NCBI RefSeq assembly: GCF_000195855.1
Contig: NC_002677.1
Span: forward strand, 60,001 to 92,000
Direction: 5' to 3'
Source: Mycobacterium leprae TN
Lineage (GTDB): Bacteria; Actinomycetota; Actinomycetes; Mycobacteriales; Mycobacteriaceae
Length of the DNA: 32,000 nucleotides
Made by a program: the position numbers and the translations under genes. How positions within the stretch are numbered: position 1 is the first letter of the stretch; each line of letters starts with the position of its first letter. Below are positions 26,681 through 32,000 of the stretch, piece by piece. The notes beneath the pieces were generated by a model. That model had not been told where the DNA came from and ran no database searches. It was given only the letters and a program-made list of their open reading frames with translations.

Positions 26681-28165
26681 ATGGTTGTTATGGCTGAGAC
26701 CGAGTACCTGGATGTTGTCATCGTGGGCGCCGGTATCTCCGGCGTGAGCGCAGCCTGGCACCTGCAGGATCGTTGTCCGAACAAGAGCTATGTTATCCTG
26801 GAAAAGCGGGCCGGCATGGGTGGCACCTGGGATTTGTTTCGGTACCCTGGCATTCGTTCGGACTCCGATATGTACACGCTGGGTTTTCGATTTCGTCCAT
26901 GGACCAAGTGTCAAGCAATTGCCGATGGTAAGCCCATCCTCGAATACATTAAGAGCACCGCCGTCATGCATGGCATCGACAAGTACATCCGGCTTAACCA
27001 CAAAGTCACCGGCGCCGACTGGTCGAGTATAGAAAATCGCTGGACCGTGCAGGTTGAAAACAACGGCACACCCCGCATGATCTCTTGCTCATTTTTGTTT
27101 TTGTGCAGCGGCTACTATAACTATGAGCAGGGCTATGCGCCGACCTTCCTTGGCTCGGAGGATTTCACCGGTCCGATTATTCATCCGCAGCACTGGCCAG
27201 AGGATCTCGATTACGCCGCTAAGAACATCGTCGTGATAGGTAGTGGCGCCACTGCAGTCACTTTGGTTCCGGCGCTTGCGAATTCGGGTGCCAAGCACGT
27301 CACGATGTTGCAGCGCTCCCCCACCTACATTGTTTCTCAGCCGGCCAAGGACAAAATTGCCGCCAGGCTCAATCGGTGGCTACCCGACAAGTATGCGTAC
27401 ACCGCTGTCCGCTGGAAGAATATCCTGCGGCAATCGGCTCTGTACGGAGCCTGTCAGAAGTGGCCGCAGCGGATGCGAAACATTCTGTTGGGCCACGTGG
27501 CACGCCGACTTCCCAAGGGCTATGATGTGCAAAAACACTTCGGTCCGCATTATAACCCGTGGGAGCAACGGCTGTGTCTGGTACCGGACGGTGACTTGTT
27601 CCGAGCTATTCGCAAGGGTACAGTGGATATGGTCACGGATGCCATTGACCGGTTTACCTCGACCGGCATCCGGCTCAAGTCGGGGAATGAGTTGCGAGCC
27701 GACATTATCGTCACTGCCACCGGATTGAACCTGCAACTGTTTGGTGGTGCTGTCGCAACTGTTGATGGACAGCCGGTGGATCTCGCTCAGACGATGTCGT
27801 ACAAGGGCATGATGCTGTCTGGCCTACCCAATATGATATATACTGTAGGATACACTAATGCGTCGTGGACATTGAAGGCAGACCTGGTATCAGAATTCTT
27901 CTGTCGGTTGCTAAATTATATGAACGCCAACGATTTTGATACTGTGGCAGTGGAGTATCCGGGTTCCGACGTCGAAGAGCGGCCGTTCATGGATTTCACC
28001 CCCGGTTATGTGCTGCGCTCACTCGACGCGTTACCCAAGCAGGGTTCCCGCACGCCATGGCGATTAAACCAGAACTACCTGCGCGACATCCGGTTGATCC
28101 GCCGCGGCAAGGTCGCTGATGAAGGTCTCCTTTTTGCCAAAAAGACTACTCCCGTTACGGTTTAG
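26681..28165 (+). CDS. ethA: EthA, FAD-containing Baeyer-Villiger monooxygenase that activates thioamide prodrugs
   Basis: 494-aa ORF. It has the FAD-binding motif LDVVIVGAGISGVSAAWHL and a second Rossmann motif NIVVIGSGATAVTLVPAL. It is collinear with Rv3854c to the C-terminus (SRTPWRLNQNYLRDIRLIRRGK). An alternative start is ATG 26690 (MAETEYLD). Confidence 0.95.
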   Translation: MVVMAETEYLDVVIVGAGISGVSAAWHLQDRCPNKSYVILEKRAGMGGTWDLFRYPGIRSDSDMYTLGFRFRPWTKCQAIADGKPILEYIKSTAVMHGIDKYIRLNHKVTGADWSSIENRWTVQVENNGTPRMISCSFLFLCSGYYNYEQGYAPTFLGSEDFTGPIIHPQHWPEDLDYAAKNIVVIGSGATAVTLVPALANSGAKHVTMLQRSPTYIVSQPAKDKIAARLNRWLPDKYAYTAVRWKNILRQSALYGACQKWPQRMRNILLGHVARRLPKGYDVQKHFGPHYNPWEQRLCLVPDGDLFRAIRKGTVDMVTDAIDRFTSTGIRLKSGNELRADIIVTATGLNLQLFGGAVATVDGQPVDLAQTMSYKGMMLSGLPNMIYTVGYTNASWTLKADLVSEFFCRLLNYMNANDFDTVAVEYPGSDVEERPFMDFTPGYVLRSLDALPKQGSRTPWRLNQNYLRDIRLIRRGKVADEGLLFAKKTTPVTV

Positions 28166-28245
28166 GGCGATAGCGAGTACGGTGGGAGCGGGTTAAGCGG
28201 GCTGCCAGCATTCAGCCGTAGTAGCTGAGCCGGGGGTCACTACAA

Positions 28246-28719
28246 TTAGACGACGACAATGCCGTCGTCGTCACTGTAGACGACTTCTCCCGGAACGAAT
28301 GTCACACCACCCAGGTTGACCTCGACGTGGCGTTCCCCGGTGCCGATCTTAGTACTTTTGCGTGGATTGGTGCCTAGCGCCTTGATGCCAATGTCGATAC
28401 CGCGCAGTGCGGCTGCGTCTCGCACTGCACCATTGACGATTAGGCCGGCCCAGCCGTTGGAGTGGGCCAATTCGGCGATCACGTCACCGACCAAGGCGGT
28501 GTGCAGGGAACCGGCGCCGTCGACCACCAGCACTCCACCCGCACTCGTCTGGGAGAGTACCGATTTGAGTAGCGCATTGTCCTGGAAACAACGGACGGTA
28601 CTGATCGGGCCGGCGAACTCCGAGCAGCCGCCGAACTGGCGAAACTGAAGATCGCAGCTGCGTACGTCGACCCCGATGCTGTCGACGAGGTCGGCGGTTG
28701 GCCGAAATGACACGATCAC
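28246..28719 (-). CDS. rraA: RraA family protein (regulator of RNase E activity A; formerly annotated MenG)
   Basis: 157-aa ORF. It reads [31 protein letters not shown]...[18 protein letters not shown]...GAVRD...[12 protein letters not shown]. Family, length and position match Rv3853. Confidence 0.9.
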   Translation of the reverse strand: MIVSFRPTADLVDSIGVDVRSCDLQFRQFGGCSEFAGPISTVRCFQDNALLKSVLSQTSAGGVLVVDGAGSLHTALVGDVIAELAHSNGWAGLIVNGAVRDAAALRGIDIGIKALGTNPRKSTKIGTGERHVEVNLGGVTFVPGEVVYSDDDGIVVV

Positions 28720-28740
28720 TGCTGGTCTGTCGGTAGGCGG

Positions 28741-29106
28741 TCAGCGACGTCGCAGTTGGTGGATAAGCAGCAGGGCCAGTAGACCGATTGCCAACGCGAT
28801 CACCAGTGCTACCGGTGAATTGCTCGCTTCCAGCGCCTCAGCACCGTTGGGGACCGGATTGCTAGCCCCCTCTACGGCTGACTGCGCTTGTTCCGCAACG
28901 TCTTTAGCAACATCAAGTTGGCCGTTAGTTTCGATTCGCTGCTGCAGACCGAGCGATTGGTTGGCTGCCTGCGGTGATGCGAAACTAGGGCTTTTAGGTG
29001 GAGCTTTTTTGGCCGGTGCTTTAGCGGCTTTGGCGGGTACTTTCTTAGCCGGCAGTGTCGACGTTCCGTCGGGTTCACTGTTAGGTGGATTTTGCTGGTC
29101 TGCCAT
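28741..29106 (-). CDS. hns: Hns-like Lys/Ala/Pro-rich protein with a C-terminal membrane anchor (Rv3852 ortholog)
   Basis: 121-aa ORF. It has PAKKVPAKAAKAPAKKAPPK repeats and LQQRIETNGQL, and ends in a hydrophobic tail VALVIALAIGLLALLLIHQLRRR. It has fewer PAKKA-type repeats than I remember for H37Rv. Confidence 0.8.
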   Translation of the reverse strand: MADQQNPPNSEPDGTSTLPAKKVPAKAAKAPAKKAPPKSPSFASPQAANQSLGLQQRIETNGQLDVAKDVAEQAQSAVEGASNPVPNGAEALEASNSPVALVIALAIGLLALLLIHQLRRR

Positions 29107-29619
29107 GCGACCGCTCCTCTGCAGCTTTTTCGTTACATATCAGGTCACAGAATGTTCGACGTACCCAATCTTGCCAGCAAATGCTTGGGCGTATCTTTTA
29201 TCAGGCCCATCGCGACCTGCGCCGTACTGCCTACAGTGCCCTCGCAGCGCTGAACGCTACGATGACCACACCAAACGTAAAGTCCAAGATATCCGTGCCT
29301 GCGTCTAGGGCAGCGGCTTTTGGCGCGGCTGTGTCGGTGGGTGCCGTCTGTCGAAACGACCACTACTTGGAAACCACTTGGCCATCGGAGGACGTCACCC
29401 CGTAGTGCGCCGGGGAGCTGTTGTTCGGCGGCCCACACTGTTGCACACTGACGTTGGCAACCGCGCCTCACACTGGTTGCGTCGACGATAGACCACACGC
29501 TGTCATCAGACTCGCAAGTGTGCACGGACGCTACTTGTGTGCAGTCAGAGACGTGGTGAACGCCATGGTGAGCAGCAACGGGTCGACCCACGTCGTTGAT
29601 ACGTACCAAGGGGGACATG

Positions 29620-30336
29620 TTAGGTCGCTGCCTTCCGTGTCGAGTCCGCTACGGACCGGTTGTCAGCCATGGACGTGGTCAGGTCAACCCCAAGCCGTGC
29701 CATAAGGTCTGCTTCGATGCCGTCGAGTTGCGATGAGATCGTGGAATGCACTGCCCGGCGACGCGTGGCCGGCATATTCTCCACGGCGGCGACAGCAGCT
29801 GAAAGATCGATTAGCCGTTCGGTGATCGTGGAGACGAACTGCTTGGTCTCGGCGTCTTTCGGCTTTTTCTCTTGCACGAGCAGCACCGATTGCTCGGATC
29901 TGGCTATGCGCGCCGACAGCCGCGCGCTGGGTCCGGAGAACTGGCCGATCTGAGCTAGTGGAATGCCGAGCTGATCCGCCCGACGCTGGTCGATTAGCGC
30001 GCGGGTGGCTATGGCTGCGCGATATATCAACGGCACCACGATTGGAGCCAGCAGCCGAGACACCGTCAGCACCCGGCGGATCCTAGTTGGCGATAGCAAC
30101 TTGCCTTCCTTGGCTGCCTTGAGCTCTGTCTCGGCGACTTTTAGCGCTACGCGGTCGCTGTTTCGTTTAGCTTTTAATTGGGCTTTGAGGGCCTTGTTGG
30201 TGGCGCGCTGAGCGCTGTTCAGACGGCGAGCTTCGTTTTTGGCGGCCAGTCGGGCCTCAAGTTTGGCGCGGGCCTTAATTGCACGGGCTTCGGCGCGACG
30301 CATCGCACGGCTCCTTCGCTTGTGGAACAGTCCCAT
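29620..30336 (-). CDS. Conserved hypothetical protein at the position of Rv3850, with a basic coiled-coil-like N-terminus
   Basis: 238-aa ORF. The N-terminus is K/R/A-rich (RRAEARAIKARAKLEARLAAKNEARRLNSAQRATNKALKAQLKAKR). A hydrophobic segment follows (LLAPIVVPLIYRAAIA). Codon usage is typical of the neighbouring genes. The function is unknown to me. Confidence 0.7.
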   Translation of the reverse strand: MGLFHKRRSRAMRRAEARAIKARAKLEARLAAKNEARRLNSAQRATNKALKAQLKAKRNSDRVALKVAETELKAAKEGKLLSPTRIRRVLTVSRLLAPIVVPLIYRAAIATRALIDQRRADQLGIPLAQIGQFSGPSARLSARIARSEQSVLLVQEKKPKDAETKQFVSTITERLIDLSAAVAAVENMPATRRRAVHSTISSQLDGIEADLMARLGVDLTTSMADNRSVADSTRKAAT

Positions 30337-30520
30337 TCCCGCATCGCCTCTCCGGTATACTTGTGAACTATCGCTGTGCGTGTGCGCGATCGGTAGCCAA
30401 TTCTAATCGGAATGAGTCGGTGTCAGGCTGCCCTGTCGCGCTGGAACGAAGGACAGCAAGTAAGAACAGGCCGTTAGGTGAGCTACCGGAGGCGAGTGCT
30501 GCGCCGTCTGCCAAGGTGAC

Positions 30521-30919
30521 CTACACGTCAAGATGCTCCGCACGCCGTAGTTCGTCGACTCGATCCACGATGTCCTGCTGAGCTTGGGCAGACAACCCGA
30601 TGGTCCGCATCGCGATCCGGCGCACGCCTTCATCACGCATGGTGGCCAGCCATGCCAATTCTTGATCGAGTTTTTCGTAATACTCGTCGTTGGTGAAATA
30701 GGCCGGTTTGATGCGGAAGAAGTTGGCAAGGGCGGATATCGTGGCTGACGAAGGGTTCGTGCGATTACCGGAGCGGAGCTGTGACAGGTAAGGAGCCGAC
30801 ATGGTGATGCCCTCCGCCTTGAGCGCTGCGATTACCTCGGCAGAGGTGTGCGGCCCGCGCCCGGGTGGATACACCGTGTCGAACAGGCGGTTTAGGCGGG
30901 CAGCGAATGTCGTGCTCAT
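30521..30919 (-). CDS. espR: EspR, ESX-1 transcriptional regulator (nucleoid-associated HTH protein)
   Basis: Track ORF 30521..31072 is 183 aa. The conserved protein starts at the internal Met (complement of 30917-30919) and is 132 aa. It reads MSTTFAARLNRLFDTVYPPGRGPHTSAEVIAALKAEGITMSAPYLSQLRSGNRTNPS...DRVDELRRAE, nearly identical to Rv3849 as I remember it. Confidence 0.92.
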   Translation of the reverse strand: MSTTFAARLNRLFDTVYPPGRGPHTSAEVIAALKAEGITMSAPYLSQLRSGNRTNPSSATISALANFFRIKPAYFTNDEYYEKLDQELAWLATMRDEGVRRIAMRTIGLSAQAQQDIVDRVDELRRAEHLDV

Positions 30920-32000
30920 CGATATGACCTCCAACGAGCTGAAAGAACGACCGGTTGTCAATAAGTATAAGTGCAAACCCAAATAGATTCTGTAATGGTG
31001 TTTCAAGTGGGCAGTGACACAATCCCTGCAGAGCAAGCAACTGAGACGTTGAGATGTCTGCAAGGTGAACAAAATTCACAGGTTATCTGCAGAAACTACC
31101 TCGAGAACTTGAGTGACATTTACTTTTCTTCTTGCTCGATGTGGGCTCTGGGCAGATCGTGGGGGTGAATATGCCTGACACCGGGTAACTAGTAGACAAC
31201 GGGAGTTTGCTATAATTACCTTTTCTGCCCAGACTCTGTCAGTCGGCTTTGAACGGCCCGGAGGCTGGGCTTAGTGGGACTTTGCCGCCGCTGCGTTACT
31301 CCCTGTGGGGACTGTTAGGCACAGCCTGGTGATCGGCTCGCGTGCTGGACGGTATATCCAGACGGCGCCCGGTGGTCTCCCAGCGATTGTTGCTCTTGTT
31401 TGTCGCCAGCGCAGAGTGTGCGACATACCTACATTTGCCTGTTGCCAGCGCTAAAGCCGCGTTAACGCCGATCACCACCGGGCCGCCACCCACAGCGTGC
31501 TGTCCAGCAGCCACAAGCCGTACGCTAGGAACTAGCAGGTTCGTCACCCCGGTCAGCATCACCCACCATTAGTAGCGCATCGCGCAAATCATGGTGATTA
31601 GCTTAGACCTGTCACTGAATTCGACGAGGAAAACTACCCCCGAGCCTTAACAGCGTTCCGGCGAGCATGAAACACGGCTTTTCGGCACGTCTTAAACAAC
31701 CATGTTAATCATCGAACATCGTTTGAAGGTCTCGTGCATCGGATTTACCGGTTCACCGGAAGGGCTGTTTGTCGGTATGTCGACTCGACGATTGGGCTAC
31801 TCTTTTCTTCGCTAACACCCCGAGGCTAGTGGGCAAATCCGGTGGGCGCTAGGAAGGCGGTGGAGTTCGGGCCCCCGCGATTCAGTGCCCGAACCATTTC
31901 GTCTAAATGTCTTTATGCGGCAAGCAACATTGCCAGAATTGCGGTATCGGGATGGCTGATTGGATCGACACCGACGCGGCTCACCATAGAGGTGATGGTG

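Noticed and set aside
30920-31072. 51-codon N-terminal extension of espR in the track ORF (183 aa)
   Set aside because: The extension (MFTLQTSQRLSCLLCRDC...) has atypical composition and low GC. The conserved EspR sequence begins exactly at the internal Met.
31296-32000. 88-aa minus-strand ORF (31296..31562), and an open minus-strand frame entering from the window end and stopping at 31913 (…VSRVGVDPISHPDTAILAMLLAA*)
   Set aside because: These could be remnants or the 3' end of the Rv3848-like membrane protein gene. Too little sequence is visible, and there is no diagnostic motif.

Overview
This window reads as Mycobacterium leprae chromosome. It carries an RLEP dispersed repeat whose primer sites sit at the 129, 99 and 372 bp spacings I remember from RLEP diagnostic PCRs. 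It is colinear with M. tuberculosis H37Rv Rv3876 down to Rv3849, in inverted orientation. All ortholog comparisons are made from memory of the H37Rv proteins; no search was run. Positions 1-11093 on the minus strand hold an uninterrupted block of the ESX-1 type VII secretion locus: espI (partial), esxA, esxB, a PPE68-like gene, eccCb1, eccCa1, eccB1, eccA1 and espH. Positions 11.1-17.7 kb are a gene graveyard. It contains espG1, espF and espE pseudogenes, several perfect tandem duplications, an RLEP copy, a 50-bp perfect palindrome, a probable whiB6 remnant and about 1.8 kb of unassignable DNA. gltB-gltD (glutamate synthase) are intact on the plus strand at 17.7-23.75 kb. A second decayed stretch follows at 23.75-25.95 kb and includes a PolX/PHP-domain pseudogene. 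The rest is ethR/ethA (divergent), rraA, an Hns-like protein, an Rv3850-like conserved protein and espR. I see no evidence for a novel or undescribed system. The content is a known secretion locus caught in reductive evolution. The most interesting points are how the decay is structured: co-loss of the PE/PPE-chaperone layer, an espG1 remnant that reads through into espH, frame-altering tandem duplications, and the palindrome beside RLEP.
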